Assembly: GCF_046590535.1 (NCBI RefSeq)
Contig: NZ_JBKJTG010000251.1
Coordinates: 10,995 to 74,994, forward strand
Length of the DNA: 64,000 nucleotides
Source of the DNA: Phenylobacterium sp.
GTDB taxonomy: Bacteria; Pseudomonadota; Alphaproteobacteria; Caulobacterales; Caulobacteraceae
Direction: 5' to 3'
Shown: piece after piece, positions 20,167-28,858 of the stretch
Layout: each line of letters begins with the position of its first letter
Numbering within the stretch: position 1 is the first letter of the stretch
The notes under the pieces: generated by a model
The model's input: only the letters and a program-made list of their open reading frames with translations
Database searches by the model: none
Told to the model about the DNA's origin: nothing
Translations under genes and position numbers: made by a program

Positions 20167-21527
20167 CCGCCGCCGCTGAACGCTCCCTGCTCAGCCGGGT
20201 GCTGGCCAACGCCGGCGTGCTCTTGAGCGGCAAGGCCGCCAACGCGGTCCTCAGCCTGGCCTACATCGCCGTCGCCGCCCGGGCCCTGGGGGTGCGCGAG
20301 GTCGGCGTGTTAATCCTGATCAACGCCTTCGCCCAGCTGATCGGCGAGGTGGTCAAGTTCAACGCCTGGCAGACCGTCCTGCACTATGGGGCCGCCCCGG
20401 TGGCCGAAGGCGACCGGCCACGCTTCCAGCAGGTGATGCGCTTCACCCTCTTCCTCGACGCGGTCAGCGGCCTGGTGGGCGTTACCCTCGCGGTGGCCTG
20501 CGCCCTGGCGTTCGGGCCACGGCTCGGCTGGACCCCGGCGGACAGCCCCGCCGCCGCCCTGTACGGCCTGACCATCCTGGTCATGGCGCCCTCCACCGCC
20601 ATCGGCCTGCTGCGCCTTTTTGACCGTTTCGACCTGATCGCCGCCCAGGCGCCGGTGAGCTCCGTCGTGCGGCTGGCGGGCAGCGGCGCGGCGCTTCTTG
20701 CCGGCGCCTCCCTGACGGGATTCCTGGCCGCCTGGGCGCTCGGGACCGTGGTGGCCTTTGTCTACTTGGCCGTGGCCGCCGTCCGCGAGACCCGCCGACG
20801 CGGCCTGCTGGCCGGGTTCCGCTGGCGTGGGCCGATGGTGGCGGGGCTCCCCGGCGCCTGGCGGTTCGCCTGGGCCACCAACCTCGCCAGCAGCCTGGAC
20901 GCCGCCTTCACCCACGCCATCACCCTGATGGTCGGCGCCCTGATGGGGCCTGCCCCCGCCGCCCTGTGGCGGATCGGCCGCCAGGTCGCCGATGCGCTGG
21001 CCAAGCCCGCGCGGCTGCTGATCCCGGCGCTCTATCCGGAACTCGCCCGGTTGCATGTCACCGAGGGCGAAGGAGCTATGCGGCGCCTGGCCCTCCAGGT
21101 CGGGCTGATCGGAGGCGGCGTAGGCGTGCTCCTGCTGGTCATCACCGCCCTGTTCGGTCGGCCCCTCCTGAGCCTGGTGATGGGCGAGGCCTTCGCTGCG
21201 GCGGGGACCGTGATGACCTGGCAGGTGGCGGCCGCGGTGATCGGCATCCTGGCCCTGCCAATGGAGCCGCTGCTGGTCTCCCTGGGCCGCCCTGGCGACG
21301 TGGTGAAGGTGCGCTTGGCGGTGGCCGTGATCCTGCTGGCCGCCCTGCCCGCGGCCGTGAGCGCCTGGGGTCTCACCGGGGCGGGTGCGTCCCTGGTTGC
21401 GGCGATGGCGGCCCTTGCCCTGGGCATGTTCGCCATGTTGCAGAGACGGGCAGGGCGCGCGACGGTTGGCGCGCCACAGGAAAGGGCTTGCGCCGACGAC
21501 CCGGCGCAGGCGAAGGGCGGCAAGTGA
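20163..21527 (+). CDS. Wzx/MOP-superfamily polysaccharide-type flippase
   Basis: About 12 predicted TM helices. The N-terminus (NAGVLLSGKAANAVLSLAYIAVAARALG) is typical of oligosaccharide flippases. ATGA overlap with the upstream gene. Confidence 0.75.
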   Translation: MTAAAERSLLSRVLANAGVLLSGKAANAVLSLAYIAVAARALGVREVGVLILINAFAQLIGEVVKFNAWQTVLHYGAAPVAEGDRPRFQQVMRFTLFLDAVSGLVGVTLAVACALAFGPRLGWTPADSPAAALYGLTILVMAPSTAIGLLRLFDRFDLIAAQAPVSSVVRLAGSGAALLAGASLTGFLAAWALGTVVAFVYLAVAAVRETRRRGLLAGFRWRGPMVAGLPGAWRFAWATNLASSLDAAFTHAITLMVGALMGPAPAALWRIGRQVADALAKPARLLIPALYPELARLHVTEGEGAMRRLALQVGLIGGGVGVLLLVITALFGRPLLSLVMGEAFAAAGTVMTWQVAAAVIGILALPMEPLLVSLGRPGDVVKVRLAVAVILLAALPAAVSAWGLTGAGASLVAAMAALALGMFAMLQRRAGRATVGAPQERACADDPAQAKGGK

Positions 21528-23239
21528 TGATCCTTCCCACCGCAGCGGATCGCGCCGTCCGGCTCGCTGACTTCGCGACCCTCACCGAGGCCCTGGATTT
21601 CGCCGCCACCGGCGAGACCGGCCTCACCCTCCACGCCATGCGCGGCGACGTGGCCGAGGCGCTCTCCTATGGTCGCCTGCGCGAGGACGCCCTGGCCCTG
21701 GCCCCGCGCCTGCTGGCCGCGGGTCTTGAGCCCGGCGAACGGGTCGGCCTGGTGGCCGAGACCGACGGCGACTTCCTGCGCGCCTTCTTCGCCTGCCAGT
21801 ATGCCGGCCTGATCCCCGCGCCTCTGCCGCTGCCCGCCCCGCTGGGCGGACGCGAGGCCTATGTGGCGCAGGTCACCCGGATGCTGGAGGCCGCCGACGC
21901 CGCGGCCGTCGTGGGTCCTGCGGCTATTACCGCCTGGATGGCCGACGCGCCGCCGGCCGCGGTCCGCTTCGTGGGCGCCCTGACCGACCTGCCCCCGGCC
22001 GCGGGGGCGCCCCTTCCTGACATACGTCCGGACGATCCCTGCTACTTGCAGTTCTCCTCGGGCAGCACGCGCTTTCCCACCGGCGTGCTGGTGACCCATC
22101 GGGCCCTGATGGCCAACGCCCAGGCGATCGTGCGCCACGGCCTGCAAGTGCGGCCCGCCGACCGGGCGAGTTCGTGGCTGCCGCTTTATCATGACATGGG
22201 GCTGGTGGGCTTCGTGCTGACCCCGCTGGCCTGCCAGATGTCGGTGGACCTGCTGCCAACCGGCGCCTTCGTCCGCCGCCCCTTGTTGTGGCTGGAGCTG
22301 ATCAGCCGCAACGGCGCGACCATCTCCTACAGCCCGACCTTCGGCTATGAGCTCTGCACCCGGCGCGCCGACCGCGCCGGGCCCGAGGCCCTGGACCTCT
22401 CGCGCTGGCGCATCGCCGGCCTCGGCGGCGACATGATCCGCTCCGGACCCTTGCGCGACTTCGCCCGCCAGTTCGGCCCCGCCGGCTTCTCGGCGGACGC
22501 CTATGTGACCAGCTACGGCATGGCCGAGGCCACCCTGGCGCTGAGCATGGCGCCCCTGGGCCGCGGCCTGGCGGTGGAGACCCTCGACATCGGCAGGCTG
22601 GAACGCGAAAGCCTGGCTGTCACCGGCGCCGCCTCGGATCGCACCCGCGACTTCGCCCGCTGCGGCCCCGCCCTGCCCGGCCACGAGCTGCAGGTGCGCG
22701 GCGACGACGGCCGGCCCCTGGCCGAGCGCGCCGTGGGCCGCATCTTCGCCCGCGGCCCCAGCCTGATGCGCGGCTATTTCCGCCAGCCGGAGGAGACCGG
22801 GCGGGTGCTCTCCGCCGACGGCTGGCTGGACACTGGCGACCTGGGCTTCCTCGACGGCGGCGAGATCGTGCTAACCGGCCGCAGCAAGGACCTGATGATC
22901 GTCAACGGCCGCAACATCTGGCCGCAGGACCTGGAGTGGACCTGCGAGGACGAGTTGCCTGCCGTGCGCAACGGCGACGTGGCCGCCTTCTCCGTACCCG
23001 GGGCTGACGAGGAGCAGGTGGTGGTTCTCGTGCAGGCCCGGGGCCCTGATCTCGCGGTACGCGACGCCCTGCGCGCCGAGGTCGGCCGCGTGCTGCGCCA
23101 GCGGCACAGCGTTGAGGCGGAGGTCAGGCTGGTGGGCCCCCACGCCCTGCCGCAGACCTCGTCGGGCAAGCTCAGCCGCGCGAAGGCGCGCCAGGCCTAT
23201 CTGGCGGGCGCCTTCGATCTGGAGCGCACCCGGGCGTGA
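21527..23239 (+). CDS. fatty acyl-AMP ligase / acyl-ACP synthetase-like adenylating enzyme
   Basis: The ATG overlaps the flippase stop. AMP-binding motifs are YLQFSSGSTRFPTGV, YGMAE, TGDLG, GRSKD and SSGKLSR. Confidence 0.85.
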   Translation: MILPTAADRAVRLADFATLTEALDFAATGETGLTLHAMRGDVAEALSYGRLREDALALAPRLLAAGLEPGERVGLVAETDGDFLRAFFACQYAGLIPAPLPLPAPLGGREAYVAQVTRMLEAADAAAVVGPAAITAWMADAPPAAVRFVGALTDLPPAAGAPLPDIRPDDPCYLQFSSGSTRFPTGVLVTHRALMANAQAIVRHGLQVRPADRASSWLPLYHDMGLVGFVLTPLACQMSVDLLPTGAFVRRPLLWLELISRNGATISYSPTFGYELCTRRADRAGPEALDLSRWRIAGLGGDMIRSGPLRDFARQFGPAGFSADAYVTSYGMAEATLALSMAPLGRGLAVETLDIGRLERESLAVTGAASDRTRDFARCGPALPGHELQVRGDDGRPLAERAVGRIFARGPSLMRGYFRQPEETGRVLSADGWLDTGDLGFLDGGEIVLTGRSKDLMIVNGRNIWPQDLEWTCEDELPAVRNGDVAAFSVPGADEEQVVVLVQARGPDLAVRDALRAEVGRVLRQRHSVEAEVRLVGPHALPQTSSGKLSRAKARQAYLAGAFDLERTRA

Positions 23240-24168
23240 ACCGCGGCCTGGCCGCGGTCACCGGCGCCACGGGGTTCCTGGGCCAGCATGTGGTGCGCGC
23301 CCTGGCCGACGCCGGCTGGCGGGTGCGCATCCTGGCCCGGCGCGATCCTGTAAGCCTGTTCTGGAGCGGCCTGACTCCCGAAGTCATCCCGGGCGACCTC
23401 GGCGACGCGACCGCCCTGGCCCGCCTCTGCACGGGCGCCGACCTGGTGGTCCATGTGGCGGGATTGATTTCCGGCCGCCGTGGCGACCTGCAGCGGGTCA
23501 ATGTCGAGGGGACCCGACGTCTGGCGCAGGCCGTCCTGGGGGCGGCCGTTCCCCGGGTGCTGCACATCTCGAGCCTGGCGGCCCGCGCGCCGCACCTGTC
23601 GGCCTACGCCGCCAGCAAGCGGGCGGGGGAAGACGTGGTGGAGGCCCTGCTGGGCGGGCGGGTGACCCTCGTGCGGCCGCCCGCCGTCTATGGTCCCGGC
23701 GACCGCGAGACGCTGAGGCTGTTCGCTCTTGCGGCCTCAAGTCCCATGTTGCCGGTGCTGGACCCCGCCGCCCGGGTGGCGGTTGTGCACGTCCAAGACG
23801 CGGCGCGGCAGATCGCATGGCTGGTGGATTTCCCGCACGTGGGCCCCTTCTCGCTCAGCGGCGCCCGCCCGGCGGGCTATGAATGGCGCGAGTTGATGCA
23901 GACAGCGGCCACCGCCCTGGACCGGCCCGCGCGGCTCTTGCGCATCCACCCTGTGGCGCTTTACGGCATGGCGTCGCTGGAGGGTATCGCGAATAGCTGG
24001 CGTCAAAGAACGCCCGTGATTACATTCGGCAAGGTCAGGGAACTGACATATTTGGATTGGGGGATCCGGTCGGCCGAGCGCGCCCCAGGCGCGCCGGCGC
24101 CCGAGTTCGACCTGTTGTCGGGGTTCCGGCAGACGATCGGCTGGTATCGATCGCAGGGTTGGCTCTAG
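23236..24168 (+). CDS. NAD(P)-dependent epimerase/dehydratase-family reductase (CerR-like ceramide reductase candidate)
   Basis: The GTG overlaps the upstream TGA (GTGA). Rossmann motif VTGATGFLGQHV. Catalytic YAASK (YxxxK). Confidence 0.8.
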   Translation: MNRGLAAVTGATGFLGQHVVRALADAGWRVRILARRDPVSLFWSGLTPEVIPGDLGDATALARLCTGADLVVHVAGLISGRRGDLQRVNVEGTRRLAQAVLGAAVPRVLHISSLAARAPHLSAYAASKRAGEDVVEALLGGRVTLVRPPAVYGPGDRETLRLFALAASSPMLPVLDPAARVAVVHVQDAARQIAWLVDFPHVGPFSLSGARPAGYEWRELMQTAATALDRPARLLRIHPVALYGMASLEGIANSWRQRTPVITFGKVRELTYLDWGIRSAERAPGAPAPEFDLLSGFRQTIGWYRSQGWL

Positions 24169-24256
24169 CGCATCCGGCCCGGAGTCTCCTGCGTATAGGC
24201 CTGGGCGCTTGCAAGCGCTCAGCAGGAAAGTCGAGGGGCCGTTGGGGGTAGATCAG

Positions 24257-24508
24257 ATGGAGTTGGTGACCGACCTTACGGTCCGGCAGATCGGGCGGAC
24301 GGCCAGCGTCGTCATGCAACGCAACGTCGAAGTAACCCCGGAATCGGACATTGGCCGTGACCTGGGCGTGGATTCACTGACCTTGATGAACATCGTCATG
24401 GAGCTCGAGGACGTGTTCGAGCTGTCCATTCCACTCGATCGCCTGGCGGACGTGGAGACCGTCGGCGACCTGGCGGGACTGATCAACGAATTGCGGGCGA
24501 GGGCGTAA
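24257..24508 (+). CDS. acyl carrier protein
   Basis: 83 aa, acidic, with the phosphopantetheine site LGVDSLTLM. It ends 2 nt before the spt ATG. Confidence 0.85.
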   Translation: MELVTDLTVRQIGRTASVVMQRNVEVTPESDIGRDLGVDSLTLMNIVMELEDVFELSIPLDRLADVETVGDLAGLINELRARA

Positions 24509-24510
24509 GA

Positions 24511-25728
24511 ATGGGGCTTCTCGACAAGCACCTGGGCTATCGGGCCCCGCTGGACCTCATCCGCAGCGTCGGCGCGGACCCGTCCAACGTTCGGTTCGAC
24601 GCCGTCCTGTCGCCCACTGAGGGCATGCTGGACGGCCGCAAGGTCATCTTGCTGGGCACCAACAATTACCTGGGCCTGACCTTCGACCCGGCCTGTATCG
24701 AGGCCTCGGCCGCCGCGGTGCGCAAGTGGGGCACCGGCACCACCGGTTCGCGGTTCGCCAACGGCACCTTCGCCGGCCACCTGGCGCTGGAAGAGGCGCT
24801 GGCCAAATTCTACGGCCGCAAGCATGCCATGGTGTTCACCACCGGCTACCAAGCGAACCTGGGCGTGATGTCCGGCCTCGTGGGCCGCGGCGACCACCTG
24901 ATTCTCGACGCAGACAGCCACGCCAGCATTTACGACGGCGCCCGGCTCTCACAGTCCGAAGTGATCCGCTTCCGCCACAACGACCCGGAAGACCTCTACA
25001 AGCGCCTGAAGCGCCTGGGCGACCGGCCGGGCGGTCGGCTGATCGTCGTGGAAGGCATCTATTCCATGATGGGCGACGTGGCGCCGCTGAAGGAGATCGT
25101 CGCGGTCAAGCGCGAGATGGGCGCCTATCTGCTCGTCGATGAGGCCCACTCCATGGGCGTCCTGGGCGAGAAGGGCCGCGGCCTGGCCGAGGCCGCCGGC
25201 GTCGAGGATGGCGTCGATTTCATTGTCGGCACCTTCTCCAAGAGCCTCGGCAGCGTCGGCGGATTCGTGGTCTCCGACGAAGACGACTTCGACCTGCTGC
25301 GCATCGTCAGCCGGCCTTACATGTTCACCGCTTCCCTGCCCCCCGCCGTGGTCGCCTCGACGCTGACGGCCCTGACCCGCCTGGAGGAGGACTCCGACCT
25401 TCGCCTCAGGCTTGACGAGAATGCCCGCCACCTGTTCGAGGGCCTGCGCGCCCTGGGTTTCGCCATGGGACCGCAGGCCAGCCCGATCGCGGCCGTGGTG
25501 ATGCCCGACCAGGCCACCGCCGTGGGCATGTGGAACGCCCTGATGGCCAACGGCGTCTACCTGAACCTGGCGGTGCCGCCGGCGACGCCGGAGAACCGCT
25601 CGCTGCTGCGCTCCAGCGTCAGCGCCGCGCACTCCCGCGAACAGCTCGACGAGGTACTCCGTGTGTTCGGGCGGCTCGGCCAGGAATTCGGCCTCCTGCC
25701 GAAGCGCGCGCGCCAAGCCTCAGCCTAG
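24511..25728 (+). CDS. spt: serine palmitoyltransferase (alpha-oxoamine synthase family)
   Basis: GTNNYLGL, DEAHSMG and the PLP-lysine motif TFSKSLGSVGG. Adjacent genes are an ACP, a ligase and a reductase rather than biotin genes. Confidence 0.85.
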   Translation: MGLLDKHLGYRAPLDLIRSVGADPSNVRFDAVLSPTEGMLDGRKVILLGTNNYLGLTFDPACIEASAAAVRKWGTGTTGSRFANGTFAGHLALEEALAKFYGRKHAMVFTTGYQANLGVMSGLVGRGDHLILDADSHASIYDGARLSQSEVIRFRHNDPEDLYKRLKRLGDRPGGRLIVVEGIYSMMGDVAPLKEIVAVKREMGAYLLVDEAHSMGVLGEKGRGLAEAAGVEDGVDFIVGTFSKSLGSVGGFVVSDEDDFDLLRIVSRPYMFTASLPPAVVASTLTALTRLEEDSDLRLRLDENARHLFEGLRALGFAMGPQASPIAAVVMPDQATAVGMWNALMANGVYLNLAVPPATPENRSLLRSSVSAAHSREQLDEVLRVFGRLGQEFGLLPKRARQASA

Positions 25729-25770
25729 AGCCTATCCCGTCCAAATGGACCCATTTGAATGGGATAAAAT

Positions 25771-25839
25771 GGCTCCAAATCAAAAGTTTAGAGCATCTTT
25801 CGTCCGAGAACCGCGTCACACTTCTCGGAAGATGCTCTA
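25771..25839 (-). repeat. dispersed hairpin element, copy A (TAGAGC-stem-loop-GCTCTA-AACTTTTGA-N3-TGGAGCC)
   Basis: On the minus strand it reads TAGAGCATCTTCCGAGAA...TTCTCGGACGAAAGATGCTCTAAACTTTTGATTTGGAGCC. The TAG of the arm is the stop codon of the 25837..26745 gene. It sits between convergent genes and a related copy lies at 52428-52498. Confidence 0.6.
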
Positions 25840-26745
25840 GCGACCCGCCCGCCACATCCGCCACAGGACCCCGGGCGCCGCCAGGATCGGGTGGCGCTCA
25901 CGCCAGGGCGTCACCTCGATCGCGAGGCCGGTGTGCCGCTCGAGCTTCCACGCCGCATAGCTGGCCGCGCCGTCGAAGGTGAAAGCCGCCTTTACCAGCC
26001 TTGCGATGTTCAGCGGCCGCCCCAGCGCCCGGCGTAGGCGCCAGGCGCGCACCAGGCGCCGCCGCTCCGGCGCGGATATCTGCGGGGTCAGCGCTCCGTC
26101 GTCCCCGGCCTCCACGGCGATTCCGCCGGCGCGCCAGGCGGCGGCCACCAGCCGGTTGTAGCGGTCGCCGTCGGCGACCAGCAGGGTAGCTTCCCGGCCG
26201 CGCTCCACCCGGAACTCGGCGGCGTAGGTTTCGCGAAACAGGCTCGTCCAGAAGTCGACCGGCCGTCCCTGGACCGGGCCGAGGGCGGCGGCGAACCGGG
26301 CCGCCGTCTTGGCGGCCTCCGCGACCGCGTCGGCCACCGCCTGGGCGGTCTCGGGGCTGTCGCTCCACACCAGGGCGGCCGGTTGGACAAAGCGGGTCCA
26401 GATGGTGGTGTCGGCGCCACGACCCGTAACGGCGCGCCGGAACTGGGTCAGCGTCATGGCCGCGACCTTGGCCCGCAGCTGCCCCTGGTCATCGGAAGTC
26501 TCGCGATAGCTGACGTCCGGCCACAGGCCGCGGCTGGCGATCCCGCGCAGGCCTCGGGGCGAAGTGCGGGTGAGGACATAGAAATCCAGCACCCCGTCGC
26601 GGTCTCCGGTGCGCAGGGCCGAGCCGTAGAACAGCACCGCCACCGGGTCGTCGAAGGCCTCGGCCAGCGTGCGGGCGAAGGCCACCGCGGAGGCCGGCGC
26701 CGGCTGGGCAAGGTCTTCGCCGATGATCTGCGCCAGGTCGGTCAC
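25837..26745 (-). CDS. hypothetical protein with a nucleotidyltransferase-fold motif (possibly Tam41/Mmp37-like cytidylyltransferase; CpgC-position gene)
   Basis: The GTG start forms a GTGA overlap with the kinase stop. LFYGSALRTGDRDGVLDFYVL resembles a G-S...D-x-D NTase motif. Only the last 302 codons of the 505-aa ORF are used. Confidence 0.55.
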   Translation of the reverse strand: MTDLAQIIGEDLAQPAPASAVAFARTLAEAFDDPVAVLFYGSALRTGDRDGVLDFYVLTRTSPRGLRGIASRGLWPDVSYRETSDDQGQLRAKVAAMTLTQFRRAVTGRGADTTIWTRFVQPAALVWSDSPETAQAVADAVAEAAKTAARFAAALGPVQGRPVDFWTSLFRETYAAEFRVERGREATLLVADGDRYNRLVAAAWRAGGIAVEAGDDGALTPQISAPERRRLVRAWRLRRALGRPLNIARLVKAAFTFDGAASYAAWKLERHTGLAIEVTPWRERHPILAAPGVLWRMWRAGR

Positions 26746-27647
26746 GGAGTCAGGAACCGCAGGGGCGGCGCCTCGGTCACGGTCAGGTCGCCACCGGGAT
26801 AGACCTCGCCATCGAGAACGAAGGGGCTGTCGAGGGTAAGCCGTAGGGACGCGGCGTCGCCGCGCCGGTAGCCATGGCGCTCCAGCCAGCGGTCGCGCCG
26901 GGTCCACAGCAGCGCCGGCAACGCCTGCGCCAGGCGTTGCGGCGGGGCCTGTACGTCCAGGTACTTCAACCCCGGCCGGGCGGGGCCGAAGGGCCGAAGC
27001 GCGAAGGGCAGTCGGTGCAGGGTGGTGGCCATGGTGATCAGCCGGGGGCCGGACCGCGCGGGGCCGTCGTCGACGGTGAGCGTCAGGGGCGCCCCGCGAC
27101 GCCAGGCGCCGCGCGCGTTCTCCGCCGCGAACTGGGCGACGGCGCCGGCCAGGGTCAGGCCCACCGACGCGTTCTGGAAAACCCCCGCCCGATGGACGCC
27201 GGCGGCAAGGGCCGTGGCTCTCACCAAGCCCGCGGCGCCGAAGACGAAGCCCTGCAACGGCGGCTGGCCGTCGCGGTTGACCTGCAGCGGCGCGCGGACC
27301 CGCACTTTGGGCTTCACTTTCCCGGCCGCCGCCCGGGCGTCGGCGAGGGTCCATGATCGCCGGACGCCCAGGTCGAAGGCCAGGATGTTTGTCTTGCCGG
27401 ACGGGATCACCGAGAGCAGCGGCGCCTCGCCGAACGCAGCCGGCAGGGCGCTAAGCACCTCGCGCACGGTGCCGTCGCCGCCATCGATGACCAGCAGTTC
27501 GACGCCCTCGGCCACGAACCGCGCCAGGTCTGCCGCCAAGGCCCCCGGGGACAGGGGCTCGGCGAATAGCAGGCCGGGTTCGCTGGGCGCAGCGGGGGCG
27601 CCTCGGTTCCCATGGCTGCGCGGATTGCGGATCACGCCGGTGCGCAT
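26742..27647 (-). CDS. DAG-kinase-fold lipid kinase (ceramide kinase CpgB-like)
   Basis: Start MRTGVIRNPRSHGN overlaps the upstream stop (TGATG). DAGK catalytic motif LLVIDGGDGTVREV. Second motif IPSGKTNILAFDLG. Confidence 0.8.
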   Translation of the reverse strand: MRTGVIRNPRSHGNRGAPAAPSEPGLLFAEPLSPGALAADLARFVAEGVELLVIDGGDGTVREVLSALPAAFGEAPLLSVIPSGKTNILAFDLGVRRSWTLADARAAAGKVKPKVRVRAPLQVNRDGQPPLQGFVFGAAGLVRATALAAGVHRAGVFQNASVGLTLAGAVAQFAAENARGAWRRGAPLTLTVDDGPARSGPRLITMATTLHRLPFALRPFGPARPGLKYLDVQAPPQRLAQALPALLWTRRDRWLERHGYRRGDAASLRLTLDSPFVLDGEVYPGGDLTVTEAPPLRFLTP

Positions 27648-28780
27648 CAGCGGGAGAGCCAGGACACCACCGCGCCGCGCGGGACTGCCGCCGCCTGGAC
27701 GCATTGCGCCAAATGCACCACGAAGCTGATCACCGTCCAGACGGCCACGGCCAGGATGCCGATGTCCGGCCGCCCGGCGAGGACCGCCAGGGTGAGCAGG
27801 ATCAGGTTCGGATTGCGCCGGGCGGTGATCAGCCGGAAGAAGCTGTCAAACGGCCGCCAGGCGTGCATCTCCACCTTGAAGGCGCCCAGGAAGATCCCTT
27901 CCAGCACCCGCTGCGCCACGTAGCCGCCGACGACGATCCAGATGACCGCGCCCGGAGCGGTGAGCGGGTGCGGGCCGGCCTGCGCGCCCATCACCCAGGC
28001 GGCCCACCAGAACGGTGGATGAATCAGGTCGATGCCGTGGTCGAAGACGTTGCCCAGGGGCGAAGATTTCAGGGTCACCCGGGCGAGCTTGCCGTCGACG
28101 GTGTCCAGGAAGGTCATCACCCACGCCGCCGCCAGGCCCCAGCCGAACTGGCCGGTCCAGAACAGCCAGAGCGCCGCCAGCACCAGCAGCAGGCTGGCGA
28201 AGGTCACCTGGTTGGGGGTGATCCCGGCCAGGGCGCACCAACGGGTCACCACCCGGGCCGGCGCGGGCCAGACATACTTGGTCACCAGGTCCGTGACGCC
28301 CTTGTAGGAACCCTGGAACAGCCGCTTCTCCACCTGGCGGACATTGTCGGCGGTAAGCCGTTCCAGCACCGGCGGCTCGCGCTTGCGCAGCGTGCTGTTG
28401 TAGGCGCCCAGCAGGTCCAGGGCGGTGAGCCGCTGGGCGAGATCATGGCCGAGGTCGCCGGCGTCCAGGCCCTGCGCCGCCGCGGCCGCCAAAGGGCCTG
28501 CAATATGCGCCGCCACCGGCCGGCCGGTGGTGTCAACCAGCACGGCCCCGGGACGTTCCGCCAGGGCGCGGATCAGGGCTTCGTCGAACACCCAGCCGGC
28601 ATGGGCCAACACCACCGTCGCGTCGGCGGCTGCATCCCCAGGCTGGACTTCGGCCAGGTCCAGGCGGGCGAAGGTGCGGCTCAGCCGGGCGCTGGAGCTG
28701 GCGCCCCACACCCGCACGCCGGAGGCGCCGACGGTCGCCGCCAGCGGCCTCGCCGGGCCCGCACGCAACGCATTGGTCAA
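27647..28780 (-). CDS. CDP-alcohol phosphatidyltransferase family protein with an N-terminal soluble extension
   Basis: Exact family signature D-x2-DG-x2-AR-x8-G-x3-D-x3-D in DTVDGKLARVTLKSSPLGNVFDHGIDLIH. Polytopic C-terminal half. The start is uncertain: TTG at 28780 is preferred, and ATG at 28897 would overlap the divergent gene. Confidence 0.85.
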   Translation of the reverse strand: MTNALRAGPARPLAATVGASGVRVWGASSSARLSRTFARLDLAEVQPGDAAADATVVLAHAGWVFDEALIRALAERPGAVLVDTTGRPVAAHIAGPLAAAAAQGLDAGDLGHDLAQRLTALDLLGAYNSTLRKREPPVLERLTADNVRQVEKRLFQGSYKGVTDLVTKYVWPAPARVVTRWCALAGITPNQVTFASLLLVLAALWLFWTGQFGWGLAAAWVMTFLDTVDGKLARVTLKSSPLGNVFDHGIDLIHPPFWWAAWVMGAQAGPHPLTAPGAVIWIVVGGYVAQRVLEGIFLGAFKVEMHAWRPFDSFFRLITARRNPNLILLTLAVLAGRPDIGILAVAVWTVISFVVHLAQCVQAAAVPRGAVVSWLSR

Positions 28781-28858
28781 GATCGCTCGCCCCTGTAAAC
28801 GCTTATCCGCTGTCTTACGCCGCTCCGGCGCGGACTGGCCACAAGCTACGGACCACCC

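Noticed and set aside
20966-21526. 187-codon N-terminal extension of the ligase ORF (also the 21032..22684 minus ORF, 550 aa)
   Set aside because: The extension overlaps the flippase gene in another frame. The ATG at 21527 gives a normal adenylating-enzyme N-terminus and overlaps the flippase stop. The minus-strand ORF is antisense low-complexity sequence.
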